This document shows, one piece after another, positions 36,356-49,255 of a DNA stretch of 64,000 bases. Numbering within the stretch: the stretch's first letter is position 1; each line of letters starts with the position of its first letter. A program made the translations under genes and the position numbers. The notes beneath the pieces were generated by a model. That model was not told where the DNA came from and did no database searches. It saw only the letters and a program-made list of their open reading frames with translations. Source of the stretch: Moniliella sp. 'wahieum' (lineage: Eukaryota); contig RSEE01000053.1 in NCBI GenBank assembly GCA_003971905.1, positions 372,001 to 436,000 of the forward strand, given 5' to 3'.

Positions 36356-39300
36356 GAACTCGCGGGCAACCAGGACATCCAGTCTCGTCACGACTCGGGC
36401 GCGGATCCTAGCATCTGGAAGGATCTCAGGGTATTCAAAACCCTCAAGCCCAGCAACCGCTCAATCGAAATCGCTGATGGAAAACATATTAAAGCCAGTG
36501 GACGCGGAACATGTAGCATCGGTATCAAGTGTACCGACGGCAAATGTATCCATGTAGACCTACCCGGCAGTCTATACGTCCCCGGCATAGCAAGCAATCT
36601 CACGAGCGTAGCGCAAATAAGTGACGCAGGCCACGCATCCTGGTTCGCCCCCCACCGAAAAGGTATCTGGTTAAATGACAAGCATGGCAAATATCACCAA
36701 ATCGCGGATTCCTCATACAAGCTGAACATCGTCCCGAAACCGACCCACAAACGAACACGCGGCCAAAGCTGCCGTCGCCACCCAACACACCGCAGCCAAC
36801 ACCATCGAGCACGTCATGTACGTTCACCAACAGTACAACCACGCCGCGCTAGACCTACTCCCGACACTAACCGCCAACGCGCGAGCGAGCCTCCGCGTCA
36901 GCCCTGCCCAAATCCGACGCATCCGCCCCTTCTGGCATTGTCCCACCTGCACAAAAGCTCTGGCCAAAGCGCCCAGCCCCTTCGCGCCACGGCCGCCGCA
37001 TTTCGGAACGTCCTTTCGAAGTACTGCACGCCGACGTAGTCGACCTCCCTCGCATCACTGGCATGGGACATGGATACGCCCTGGTCGCGGTTGATGACTG
37101 GAGCCGTTACACCTTCGCTGTTCCCCTAAAGACGAAAGGACAAGCCACGGCGGAGCTGAAAAAACTCATCACCCGCGAGCAACGCATCGGAAAGGACCGT
37201 CTGCTTCGCATCTTGAAGACAGACAATGCCCCCGAGCTCACCAGCGCACCGTCCGTTCCTTGAATCCGAAGGTATCACGACGGAAACCACCATACCAGGC
37301 CAAAGTCAATCAAATGGGGTGGCCGAGCGAGCCATCCAGGCAATCACCACACGCGCGCGCCAACTCATCATCGCCTCGGGCCTCCCGACATCAAACTGGT
37401 GGCAGGATGCCTTGCTGGCAGGGTGCTGGACGCACAACCTCATGCCACCGACATCTCCACGCCAGGGCACACAATCTCGGGCTGAGCTGTACAAGGGGTC
37501 ACCCCCACCGCTGCCAATGCACGCCTTCGGATCCTTGGCGTACCTTCACCTGGCCCAGGACCAACGTGACCATAAGCTCAGTCCGCGGGCTGTCGAAGCC
37601 ATGCTCGTCGGGTACGACGCAGGTCGAGGTACAAAGGGTTGGCGCTGGGCTGTGTACGACCCGTCCATGGGCACGTTCCGATCCCAATGGGCAAAACCAT
37701 ACAAGTGGACCAGCGCCAATACCACGAGGTTTTCCCCGACCGCTTTCCGCCTGACGTATCTCGCTTCCCGCTCAACCCCTGCCTGACAGAACTATGACTG
37801 ACACTGAAACCAAAAGGGAGAAGAAAAAATGAACAAAATTGAAGTTGCAAATCCCAACACACCACCGAGAATCAACACTGATACTGACGCGACCATCGCA
37901 AGACAAAACGACACCCATCCAACCACCCCCACCACCAGACGGTACCCGCCCGGACCCACCAGCGCCGTTTTGACCTTGACTGGGCACAGCTCCCCGTAGC
38001 GGACGACCCTCATGATGGTGACTTCCACGCACACGCTGCCGCGCTGCCTCCGGTTCCCCTCCCTGACGGTAGTCGTAGTCCTGCGATCGGCCTACGCTTC
38101 CCACTGCCCGACACTGCCCTGCCGCGTACAGCGACGGTCTCCATCCGCCTGAATACAAGGCGATGATCGCCCTTAGCGAGCCAGGGCCGCACGAGCGCAT
38201 CCAGCTCACCAAGGACGGAGTACCTGTTGCACCCAAGACAATGAAGGGCCTCCAATCACACCCCTCATTCGAACCAGTGCTGGAGGCGATGCGCACGGAA
38301 ATCGACACCCTAGCCCGCTACGGCACATTCGAAGTCGTCACGCCCCCTCCAGACGCGCAGCTGCTGATTGGTCTATGGCGCATCAACACCAAAACGGACG
38401 CGGACGGAAATTTCCTACGCTACCGAGCCCGTCTCGTTGGGGGGCCACCAGCAGGATGCTGACACATGGGGACAAACATTCGCCCCTGCCGTGCGCACTC
38501 CTGCCATCCTCAGCCTTATCGCCCTTGCTGGAAAGTTCGGCCTCCACCTCTTCACTGCTGATGTGCACTCTGCCTATTTGAACGCTCCCCTCACGGAAAA
38601 AGTGTACCTCCGCCCACCCCCATTCTTTCCCGAGGAAAAAGGCAAGGTCTGCGTCTCCGGAAAAGCCTATATGGCCTCCACCAATCCGGCGCAAACTGGG
38701 CGGTATTCATCCGTGACTTGCTCCGCGGAGACATGGGTTTTGTACAATCTCTGGCTGAGCCGTGTTGTTCATCCGACCCCGTAAAGGCGACACGGTCCTC
38801 CTTGCCGTGCACACCGACGATCTTCTCATCGCTGCACGTCTCACGCACGCTACGATTCCTTCCTCACTGAGATCAACACCCATATCGAGGTGCGGGGAAA
38901 CGGCCCCCTACACTACCATCTTGGCTGCCAGTACGACACCATAAACGGGAAACTGTACCTTAGCCAGCCAAAATTCATTGAGGAATCCATTGCCAAACAT
39001 GAGGTTCCGCCACCCCTGGTTATGGGCCTCCCCCACCCCAGCAAGATGATCCCCGCGCGCACCGACCCCGAACCGCCCGCACTGCCCGCCGAGAGACGCG
39101 ACTATCAAGCCCAAAAGTAGGATCTGGGCTGTGGGCTGCCCGCATGTGCCGCCCTGATGCGCTGTTCGGCATCTCAGCTCTAAGCCGAGCAACTGCCGAT
39201 CCCTCCAAGGCCCACCGCGCTGCGGCAACAAACTTCCTCCGCTACCTCTACGGTACCAAGGGCTACGGTCTCCGACTAACACCCGAGCCTGACGCACCCG

Positions 39301-39818
39301 CTCTCGCGCTATACACGGATGCCGACCTGGCTGGAGACCCTGACCAATGGCGTTCCACGTCGGGATGCCTGCTTTTCGTCTACGGGGTTCCAGTGTCCTG
39401 GAGGAGCGTGCGTCAACCCAAGAGCGTCACCAACACTGCTGCGGCCGAATATACGGCGGGATATGAGGGCCTCATTGATGCGAACTACGTTAAAAACATC
39501 TTACTGGAGCTCGGTGCCATCACCTCAGACGAGCCCATACACTGGTACTGCGACAACATGGCGGCACTTGCCTTGGCCGAAAAAGTGGGCAGCACGGGCA
39601 AACTACGTGAGCTGAACATCCGGTACCACAACGTACGCCAGCATGTCGACTCGGGCGAAGTCAAAATCGCGCACATTGCTGGAAACGAGAACCCGGCCGA
39701 CATCCTCACCAAACCAGCCACTAAGGTCTCACTCCTGGCCAACTTGCCTCGCCTCAAGCTTGAGGACGTTACAACCTTCCATCGTGCCACTGAGACCTCT
39801 GGCCAGCGGGGGTGTTGA
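36356..39818 (+). CDS. Copia Pol (protease, integrase, RT, RNase H); starts in frame with Gag after the TAG
   Basis: PR DSGA at 36392; IN H..H..CPTC, DDWSRY, TDNAPE and SNGVAER; RT YRARLV, DVHSAYLNA and HTDD; RH YTDADLAGD, CDN and ENPADILTK; multiple frameshifts. Confidence 0.93.
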
Positions 39819-40023
39819 CCACCAGTGGTCTAGAGCCCATCGGCCTTCAGTGACACGTGGCCCGATCCACACAGTGCACCGGGGCAGTGAGTTCCGACCC
39901 TTCCACGGGTTTCCACTGGCCTCCAGGCCAGGAGCCTATCAAGGCCCATAGCTCTAGCTCTCCTTAGCTCTTGAATGCCATCTCCATCGACCATCGCCAG
40001 CATCGCTAGCTAGGCCTGTGACA
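39813..40023 (+). repeat. 3' LTR of the copia element
   Basis: Identical to the 5' LTR except gggtTtccac vs gggtCtccac. Confidence 0.98.
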
Positions 40024-41845
40024 CTCACTGTACTCACTCTCAATGTTAGGTCCAACTGTGTGTTGCATTGCGTAGTGGGTTCCTGCGTTCCTGGTCTGTA
40101 TACTTTAGGCAAAAGAGGATGAAGCATGAAGCATGATGCATGATGCATGATGGGTTACTAGCTTTACTAGTTGCTGGGTATGGAGATTCCCTCTGACTAG
40201 CTGTTTCCTCTTGGACTGAGAGGGGACGTTCCCGGTGGGTGCTACCCTGGGCTGCGACACTGCCACAACACCTCCCTCAGCCACCGGTTTCACCTGCCCC
40301 ACCACCTACACGCCCTAGTACAACTATTAAACGTCCATCAACCGTTCTAACAGTTCCAACCCTTCTAACCCTTCCAACCGTTCTAACCTTCCAACCGTTC
40401 CAACTGTTGACCTCTGGTCATTTATGGCCAAGGTCACTTCCGAGTGACATCATGTGTGATGCGCGTGTGATGTTTTCTGACGTGGCGTTTCCGACTCCAT
40501 GATGACTTGGATTCGCCACCGCCTTAGCAATTTGGCCTCATATCGACCACCATTCCCATTTGCTGCTCTTTGAGCTCTTCCTGGGCGTTAATAACCTTCC
40601 AACCGTTCCAACAGCCCACTGGAACGGATTCCTCTGGCTCCTCTTTTTAATCCTAGAGACAACAGCAACGCAACAGAGACACTTCGAGCACACATGTCTG
40701 TCGCATAAGTCACCTACTGTCATCCGTTTGGTTTGCACCGCCTCTCCCCGTCCCAGATGGGCGAGAGATAGTCCAGCGCTCATCGATTATCTCCCTCACG
40801 GAGCGAGAGGGGACAACAAGTCCGTTGAGATGTTACTAGTAGAGGAGACATCAACAGGCTCTACTAGCGATTCGTGCTCTCACCCGCGGGCAAATGAAAA
40901 CAACGCAATTATAGTTATATCCCTTGGAGATCGGAAAGGTGTCCCTCCACGTGCCGCAGGTCTCGTCCGACATGGGTGGTCTTTCGGCGGTATATGGTGC
41001 TGCGTACAAGGTACCTCGGGCTTTTGCGCAGTTATGACGATGTGAAGCCGTGCGGACACGGGTACCAGTCGGGTCGAGATTAAACGAGGGAGAGCAAGGT
41101 CCTGTCAGAGGCGGGGGGGAAGGCAAAAGTTCGTTCATGGAAGGAAACAGAAGGCATCGGGCAGAGAACAGAGAACAGAGAACAAAAGCAAAAGGAAGGG
41201 ATGAGCGAGAGACGTGGGGATGGCGGGAGGGGGAGGGGGAGTGAAGGCCAAACCCTTTCAGGACTGTAAGACTAATAATAGGCGACCAGGAGATGCGATA
41301 ATTGGAGCTGATGGGGAGGAAGAGAAGCTGACTTGACGCTTGCACCGAGAGTGGGAGTGGGAGCGGGAGTTGGGACACCTGTATATTGGGTGCTGGAAGA
41401 TGAGCAGCGAATGAGAGATCCACGGTGCCTGGTTTGGTCCATTGGCGAGAAAGGAGAAAAGACCGCCAAAAGGACCGGGAAGGGGCGCGGCACTGGTCGA
41501 GCCAGAGGGGGACGAAATCGGGGCGGAGAGTGTGCGCGCAAAAAATAAGGCAGCTCGCACGTGGCCTATATACGTCGGACTAGTCGGTCCCACCGTGATG
41601 GCACGCATCTTTTGACCAAGTAAATTCTCACGCCTGAAAAAGGAACGACTTCCTTCCAACCCCCCCCACCTCGCCCCCTTTTGGGGGGTAGCTTTGAGGG
41701 GCGGAAAGGAAGGAGGAACACGGGCGCTTCTCCGTGTGCGCACAAATGTCTCCATTTGACCAGGAGAAAAACCGTTGCACGATGCGGCATGCATTGTCCT
41801 CCTCTGTTCGTTGGGCATATACGGACTGAAAGCCAAAAGAAGATG

Positions 41846-42026
41846 TCATGGTTTGGCTGATCTCGCTCCCATTTCCAATCTTCGTCTCGAGCGTCCGTCT
41901 CGCTCTTTCCCTGTTTTTTCCACTTCGCACTATGTCCTCTGTTCTGCTTCTTCCCCACGAACGATTGCTACATTCCTTGATCTAGTCTCGACTCGGGTCT
42001 CCCTTGCCTTAGTCCCGACTGTGACA
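41846..42026 (-). repeat. Dispersed repeat A, second copy (LTR-like)
   Basis: Reverse complement of 3440-3630; terminus TGTGACA at 42020-42026. Confidence 0.75.
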
Positions 42027-42066
42027 CAACCGAAGCCAAAGCCAAAAAAGCCAGAAAAAAAGAAGA

Positions 42067-42170
42067 GCAAAAGCAAAAGCAAAAGCAAAAGCAAAAGCAA
42101 AGCAAAAGCAAAAGCAAAAGCAAAAGCAAAAGCAAAAGCAAAAGCAAAAGCAAAAGCAAAAGCAAAAGCA
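42067..42170. repeat. (AAAAGC)n microsatellite
   Basis: About 17 tandem units directly downstream of the tRNA-Gln fragment. Confidence 0.95.
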
Positions 42171-42172
42171 AC

Positions 42173-42239
42173 AGGTCCCACTGAGATTCGAACCCAGGTT
42201 TCAGGAAGCCGAGACCAGCAATCAGGTATCAGAATCCTA
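42173..42239 (-). pseudogene. tRNA-Gln(CTG) 3' part with intron; 5' acceptor strand and D-arm missing or displaced
   Basis: TAGGA-TTCTGA-intron-T-TCCTG, CTGGG-TTCGAAT-CTCAG and TGGGACCT; no GGTCCCA upstream. Confidence 0.75.
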
Positions 42240-42900
42240 CTCATCGCGTATGGCATGTGTTTGTGCCTGCTGCCTCGACGAGTGGGCCGCGTCATGCGAT
42301 GCTTCATGCGTGACCGTGGACACTGAATCCAACGTACTAACTAGCACCTAGCTGCGACGGCCCAGCACCTACTTTTTTTTTTTGTTGAGGCCGGTTGGAC
42401 CGCCTCGGCCGCAAGCAGCATGCGTCGTCCGTCCGCCCACGTGGCTACACTACACCACTACATTACACTCCACTCCACTACACTACGTTACACGACATTC
42501 CACTGCTACATACAAAAGACAACGTGCAATGGCGTGGCACCGAGCGGGTAGGACACAACTAGGACGATAGCACGCGCGATACGAGCAACGAGCAACGAGC
42601 AACGAGCAACGAGCAGGGCCAAGGCCAAGGCCAAGGCCAAGGAAAACGCAAGGCAAAGGTAAAGGTAAAGGTAAAAGGCAGGACCAACGTTCAACGGCAA
42701 GAGAGCAGGGCAGAAGAAAAGGAGGCAGGTGGGGAAGTGCAGGGGAAGGGGAAAGGGGGTGGAAGAGAAATAGGGGGGGAGACAGGGAGGGAGAGAGGCA
42801 GAGAGGGAAGGAAGGAGGGAGGGAAGGGGAGTCCAAGCCACCTAGCCTATGCGCAGGCAAGTCCAGTACACAATCTTGTCCGTCCGTCCGTCCTGCTAGC

Positions 42901-44883
42901 CTAGTACTCCCAAGCATTCGACCTGCCACAATCGTCGCGTGTGGAACTGGCACCGGTACGGGCAGTCCGGCGGTCCGATCCACGCTCGCGCTCCCGCTCG
43001 GCACGACGGGAAGAACGCGTACGCGCACGGTCCCATTCCCGTTGGGCATCCCATTGAGCTTCCCGTTGAGCTTCCCGCTGAGCTTCCCACTGTGCTTCCC
43101 GTTGGGCATCCCGTTGAGCTGCCCGCTGCGCGTCCCTTTGGGCATCGCGTTGCGCATCCTTTTGCGCTTGGCGCCGCGCGTCTCGCTTCGCATCTCTCCG
43201 CGCGTCCCGGCGCGCATCCGACTCTTGTCGTTCTCGCCGCGCATCGCGGTGCCGACTGTGACTGCGAGCGTCGCGCGAGTCGGGTGGGATCCTCCTGTCG
43301 CGCTCGCGGTCCCGGCGGGACAAGCGCTCGTCTGTCGCCGAGGGCGGTTGGTACTCGTAGTAGGTATCCGTGTACCGGTCCCTTGGTTGGTACGGATACG
43401 TGGAAGCAGCTTGGGCGGCGTAGGTGCCAACGCCGGCATACGTCTCCGTCGCTTGGCTCGAGGACAGGTAGGCGTCGTCGTGCCCGTCTGCATAGGGTGC
43501 TGGGGCGTGCTCGGCCGTGGTGCCCGACAAGTAATCCGTGTAGCCGTGCTCCGTGCCTGGGTCCGGGTAGGCACCGCCATAGGACAACGTCGGTTCCAGA
43601 ATGTAGTCGACGCTTTGTTGCCCGACCCGGGCTTGCGGTAGGACGCAACCTCGGTAGAGCGCGAGGAGGACTTGGCTTCTTTATTGGAATCGTACGGCAC
43701 GAGTAAATCGCGCGTCTTCTTTTCGCCATACGGATCGTCAGTGTACTTTTTCCTCCGCGCATCCGAGACCAAGGTAGTCGTCGTCGCTGACGCCAAGCCG
43801 GGCTGGTAGCTGGCCGTTGTGCTGCGCCACGGACCCACATAACCATCGTCGTACGGGTGCTCGGTCAATTGCGCCGCCGCACTGGCCGCTGCATAGGACG
43901 GGTGGGCCATGTCGTACCCGTACTCGCCGGCTGCTGGGTCGAGTAGTACTCTGTCTCCTTAAAGAAGGGCTCGCCAAACGATTTGCTCGCCTTGACGCCG
44001 GCCGGACGCTTGGTGGTCGGGAACCCGGCCGCACCCAGGTCGTGCTTCGCCGGCCAAAAGTCGTAAATGTACAACGCCAGGTACGGCACCAGCAGGAACG
44101 CGATCGTCCACTCGCACCCGGCCGCGGCAGCAATGTGGCGCTGGCACTGCGGCACGTTGGCCCAGTACTTAAAGTTGCTGCAGGAGAGGTAGAGACAGCC
44201 AAAGGCGATCGCGACGCCAATGGCGACAATGAGGATCATGAGTTTGATGGTGGCAGGCCAGAGGAGCTGCTTGAAGGAGCCGCTCCAGGCGGCATGGGCA
44301 TTGGCCAGGTCGTACAACACCAGCGTCTGGAACAGTACCGAGACCAGCGCGCCAGCGGAGAGGCAGTCATGCTCCAGTGGAAGGAGCCGTGCTTAAAGGT
44401 GTTGAAGATGCTGAGGAGGACGAGACCAAAGGAGCCGGCGACGGCGGCGACAAGGGAGCACATATCGAGGATGGTGGTGCGCTTGCGCAGACTGCCGGGG
44501 ATGTAGCGCTGGTGGCGCAGGTAGCGCTCGAGCAGGACGGTGGTGATGTAGCCGATGGCGGTCAGGACGCAGAAGGCGATGAAGAAGTGCTGGTGCTCGG
44601 CGCTGGGGGGGATGGGGGGGTCAGGATACGGCAAGACGGGGAGACGGGGAGACGGGAGACAGGGAGACAAAAAGACAGAGAGACAGAGAGACGGGACATA
44701 CCCAATGTCGGAGATAAAGACGGAGGACGCATATTTCTTTTGGACCTGGCCGCCGATGATGGAGGAGCCGACGTAGTGGTCCTTGCCCGTGGCGGCCCAG
44801 AGGGCGGCGCAGCCGACGAGGGCGATGGTCCAGGAGAGGGCAGCGCCGAAGGGCGCGAGCCAGTACCACGCGCGGAAGCGCAT
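42901..44883 (-). CDS. Frag1/DRAM/Sfk1-family membrane protein with a long low-complexity C-terminal tail
   Basis: VFISDIG|A, ERYLRH..YIP, LVLLSIFNT..H...HW and AAGCEWTIAF; intron 44603-44701; frameshifts. Confidence 0.85.
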
Positions 44884-45555
44884 TGTGGTGGCGGTGGTGG
44901 CGGTGGTGGTGGTGTAGATCGAGGCGGTTGGGGCGGGGCGGCGGGGCGGCAGGCGGCGGGGAGGCGGGGCGGGGAGGCGGGGAGAAGCTGTGTTGAGTGC
45001 GGCGGCCGAGACACCCGCAGAGAGGGTGAGTGTGCCGGTGAGCTCAGCGCCCGACGCGTGAGAGGAGGGGAAATCCCACTGGCACTGCGCCAGTTGGTCT
45101 GGGCGCAGGCACAGCGCCAGTGGCAGGCGGGCTGCCCCAGCGCGTGGCCGAGGCTGGCCGGGCGGGGCGGCACACCACCCGCGGATCGGAGCGCAGGGGC
45201 ACTGGCGCGTGCCTGCCTGCGCATTGCGTTTGGCCGGCGTGCCGAAGGGGTGGCTGCAGTGGGCCTCTTTCCGCCTGGTTCCGCCCAAGGAGTGCCCCGC
45301 GCCGCCTGCCCCGCGCAGGTGTGGATGATGTCATGCCTGCGCCCCACACGACCGGCGAAGCCTAACCTTGCATTCACGCCTCCCGCCCCGCGGAAGCACC
45401 GGGCGGAATGGGCGCGCGGCAACGGGGTACTGACGGCTGACGTCAGCCCCGCCTGCGCCGCCAGCCGGGGTCACGTGCGCCCCACCAGCTCCGTGCCCCT
45501 CCCGATTGCGCATCCGCCCGCCGTCGCCCTTTCCCCCGGCCGCCTGCCTCGCACG

Positions 45556-48500
45556 ATGGCCACTCGTCTGCGGCGCAACGTCTCTGGCCGCACCCCCAGC
45601 AGCCTCACCACGCCCCCCGACACCGCCCCCGCCGCCGTCGCCGCCGCCGCCTCCCCCTCCGCCCCCACCAGCCCCACCGCTCCCGCCCCCCCCCGTCTCC
45701 GCCGCGGCAGCATGGCCAGCCTCGCCCTGCCCGCGCCCCCCCCGCCCCCCCCCCCAGGCCGAGTCCGGCCAGCGGGTGAGCGAGACCCTGACCTCGTTCA
45801 AGCTCCTCGACGCCCTCCGCACCGGCCACGGCCTCCAGCCCTTCTTCGTCCCCACCCAGCCCGTCCTCGAGCTCACCTCGCCCCTCCACCTCGCCATGCG
45901 CTGCGCCGAGCAGAGCACCATTGCCTACCTTCTCCTCCACGCCCTCGGCCCTGGCCAGCTCGACCTCAACGCCCGAGAGGTCCAGCATGGCAACACCCCG
46001 CTCCACCTCGCCTCCCAGTGTGGCCGCGAAGAGGTGGTGCGCATGCTGCTCCAGCAGCACGGCATTGACGACATGGTGCGCAACTATGACAACAAGGAGC
46101 CCATGGAGCTCGCCGCCTTGCCCGCCATCGCATCTCTGTTCCAAGGTACGTCCCTCGCATGCACCTCTTCACCCCGCCTCCCACTTGCGTTGCCCGTGCT
46201 GATCCGCATCTTCAGCCTCGCGCGCCGAACTCAACAGTGGCTATCTCCGCGCCTTGGCCGCGTACGAAGCCGACCCGCACGCCAGCGAGGCCGTCCGGTC
46301 CTTTCTCCTCCTGCCGCGCTACCGGGCTGGACCTCAATGCCCAGTCGGCTTCGGGGATGACGCTGCTGCACACGGCGGTGCAGTACAAGGACACGAGCAT
46401 GATTGAGCTCGCTGCGTCGCGGGGCGCCAACGTGTTTGCCAACGATGCGCGCGGGCGGCAAGTGATGGATGCGACGCGGGACGAGCGGCTGAAGGCATTG
46501 CTGCGCCAGCTGGGCAACAAAGATTCCAATCTGATTGACGGCATTCAGCAGATTCCGTCCTACAAGGGCTGGCTCGGCAAGTGGACCAACATGGCTGGCC
46601 GGTACAAGCCCCGGTGGTTTGTCCTGGACCAGGGTGTGGTGTCCTACTACCATTCCCCGCTCGAGGAAGGACGCCAAGTGCACGGCTCGGTGCATCTCAA
46701 GTACGCCACGATCAAAGCCGATCCAACGGACAATCTCCGGTTCGAGATTATCTCTGACCCTTCCAAGCGCGGCAAACTCTTCCTTCGTGCTGCCCATCCG
46801 GCCGAGCGAGCACGCTGGGTTCAGCTCCTGCACCAAACCCAAACTTTTCTCGAGAACGACCCGAGTGCACTCGGGCTCGAGGAGCACAAGTCCGAAACCG
46901 ATTTGGGATCGGTGTCCATGGCCCCCTCCCGCTTGGGAAGGGTGGTCAAGTCGTTCCGGAGAAAAGAGCGAGCTCCCAGTCCCGCGCCCTCTGGCGCAGG
47001 CGCAGGCGCAGGTGCAGGCGCAGGTGCAGGCTATGGCTATGGCGAGGGTGAGGGTGATGGCGAGGGTGATGGCGAGGGCGAGGGCGATGAGGTGTCGGTG
47101 GAGCTAGAGGATTCCGCTTCGCTGGCCCCGACGATCCCCGAGGGGGAATACACACTTCTTTCCAATGCTTTGACCACGCGTCTCGAGTTGGCCAAGGAGT
47201 TGAGTGAGGCGCTGCTCAACCACGTACCCACCGACGAAGAGAAGAAGCGATGCATGCCGATCTGAGTGTGGCGATTGATATTCTGGCCCAGCTGGGCTCG
47301 GTGGTGGAGCGAAGGGAAGCGTTTTTGGAGCGTCGGTACCGGTCGGAGATTGCGGCCAAGTTGCTGTGGGAAGAAAACTTGCGTACCTTGGCAGGACAGT
47401 ACGAGGACCAAGCCAAACAGCTCCAACAGCTGCATGACTCGGACGATGAATTTTACGATGCGGTGGAGCGCGGGCTGGAGCATGCGCAAGAAGAGAAAGA
47501 GTTGACCGAGCCGCCGCAGGTCGGACGGAAATCGCTCGACGTGCATGCCAAGGAGATGGGGATTGCGCCATACGAGCACCTACGAAGCACATTGCCGATT
47601 GGGAACGATGTTCGCCCGTCGGTGTCGTTGTGGGCGGTGCTGAAGAACAACATTGGCAAGGACTTGACCAAGATCTCGTTCCCCGTCTCCTTTAACGAGC
47701 CTACCTCGATGCTGCAGCGTATGGCCGAAGACATGGAGTTCAGCGAATGCCTCGATGCCGCATCCAAGTCCGCCGACGCGGTCAAACGGATTGCCTATGT
47801 GGCTGCGTTTGCCATGTCCAACTACTCGTCCACCATCGGTCGGATCGCCAAACCGTTCAACCCGCTGCTGGGAGAAACGTTTGAGTACGTTTCGCTCCAA
47901 AAGGAGTATCGGTACCTGAGCGAACAAGTCTCCCACCACCCGCCCATCTCGGCCTGCTTTGCCGAGAGCGCAGGCTGGGAGTACTTTGGCTGCGTCGATG
48001 CCAAGTCCAAATTCCTCGGACGCACCTTTGAAATCCGCCCGACGGGCGTCGCGCATGCCAACCTCAAAGTTCCTCGGGCCTGGGTCGGGGAGCCATCCAA
48101 GGCACCGGACGACAAGGCGGAGGCGAAGGAGGGGGCGCAGAAAGAGGAAGAGGAGGAGATGGTGTGGGAACACTATACCTGGAACAAGGTCACAACGTCC
48201 GTTTCGGGCTTCCTCTATGGCTCTCCTACCATTGACCATTATGGCGAGATGAAAGTGACCAACCAGCGGAGTGGGGAGACGTGCGTGCTGACTTTCCACC
48301 CGCGCGGCTGGCGGGCCAAGGACGCATACGGGATCTCAGGCACGGTGTATGCGCCGAACGGGGAAACGGCAGGGGAGATTGTAGGTCGGTGGGACTCGAA
48401 ACTGGTGCTGACGCCAATGGGCGGACGGGAAGGTGTGGTGTTGTGGAAGAACTCGGTGAAACCACCCATGCCATTCAACTTGACCCCGTTCGGGGTGACG

Positions 48501-48866
48501 CTCAACGACCTCCCATCGGGGTTGCGCGCCTTCCTCCCCCCGACCGACTGCCGACTACGTCCGGACCTACGCGCGTTCGAACAGGGCGCATTTGACCAGG
48601 CCAACGCGCTCAAGATGGGTCTGGAGGAAGTCCAGCGCGCAACGCGCAAGCGCCGCGAAGAAGGTACGATGCCCCCGCACCGCCCACGCTGGTTCCGCAA
48701 AACCATCGACCCCGATTCCCGCGACACCCTCTGGGCCCCGCTCCAACAGGATCGCCTCCCTGCCTACTGGACTACGCGCACCCTCGTCGGCCAACAGCGC
48801 GTCGAGGGCCAGCCAGCAGAATGGCCCGACGTCGAACATATCTTTGGCCAGTACGAGGTGCATTGA
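45556..48866 (+). CDS. Oxysterol-binding protein, Osh1/Osh2 type (ankyrin-PH-FFAT-ORD)
   Basis: Ankyrin GNTPLHLA; PH YKGWLGKWTN..PRWFVL; FFAT DEFYDAVE; ORD KPFNPLLGETFE, EQVSHHPP and PTDCRLRPD; intron 46147-46215. Confidence 0.95.
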
Positions 48867-49121
48867 AGTGTGCGCACTCGCACTGCGGGCCCGTGCCCGG
48901 GCACCCAGTACCCAGTACCAGAGACCAAGTACCAGGGAGCGAGTAGGCAGACCGAGTACGCAGACCCGAGCCCCTGGCCGTCGGATCTGGTTCTGGTGAC
49001 GACCGAGGCGAGTGAGGCGCACAGGTCGAAGCACGAAGGACGGAAGAGCAGCAACTGTTGTGGATACACAGGGTACGTATATGTAATACGATGCACGAGT
49101 GAGTCATGAGTGATGGGGTGG

Positions 49122-49223
49122 GAGGAAGAGGAAAGAGGAAAGAGGAAAGAGGAAAGAGGAAAGAGGAAGAGGAAGAGGAAAGAGGAAAGAGGAAGAGGAA
49201 AGAGGAAAGAGGAAAGAGGAAAG
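49122..49223. repeat. (GAGGAAA)n purine tract
   Basis: Tandem 6-7 bp units between the OSH 3' end and tRNA-Lys. Confidence 0.9.
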
Positions 49224-49255
49224 ATTGGACTGACCCAACCAAAATTCCAAAAAAG

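Larger units (their letters stand above)
34767..40023 (+). mobile_element. Full-length Ty1/copia LTR retrotransposon (5257 bp) with TSD CTCAC
   Basis: 211-bp LTRs (TG..CA) with one mismatch; CTCAC at 34762-34766 and 40024-40028; domain order gag-PR-IN-RT-RH; short PPT AGCGGGGG before the 3' LTR. Confidence 0.98.

Noticed and set aside
40499..40600. ATGATGA box C-like motif
   Set aside because: No nearby box D, terminal stem or recognisable rRNA guide
41775..42326. ORF with KSKSK/AKAKAK runs
   Set aside because: Product of the (AAAAGC)n microsatellite, overlapping an LTR fragment and the tRNA remnant
44377..46068. 563-aa plus-strand ORF and similar long antisense ORFs (e.g. 11744-12985)
   Set aside because: Shadow frames of GC-rich real genes with no domain signal
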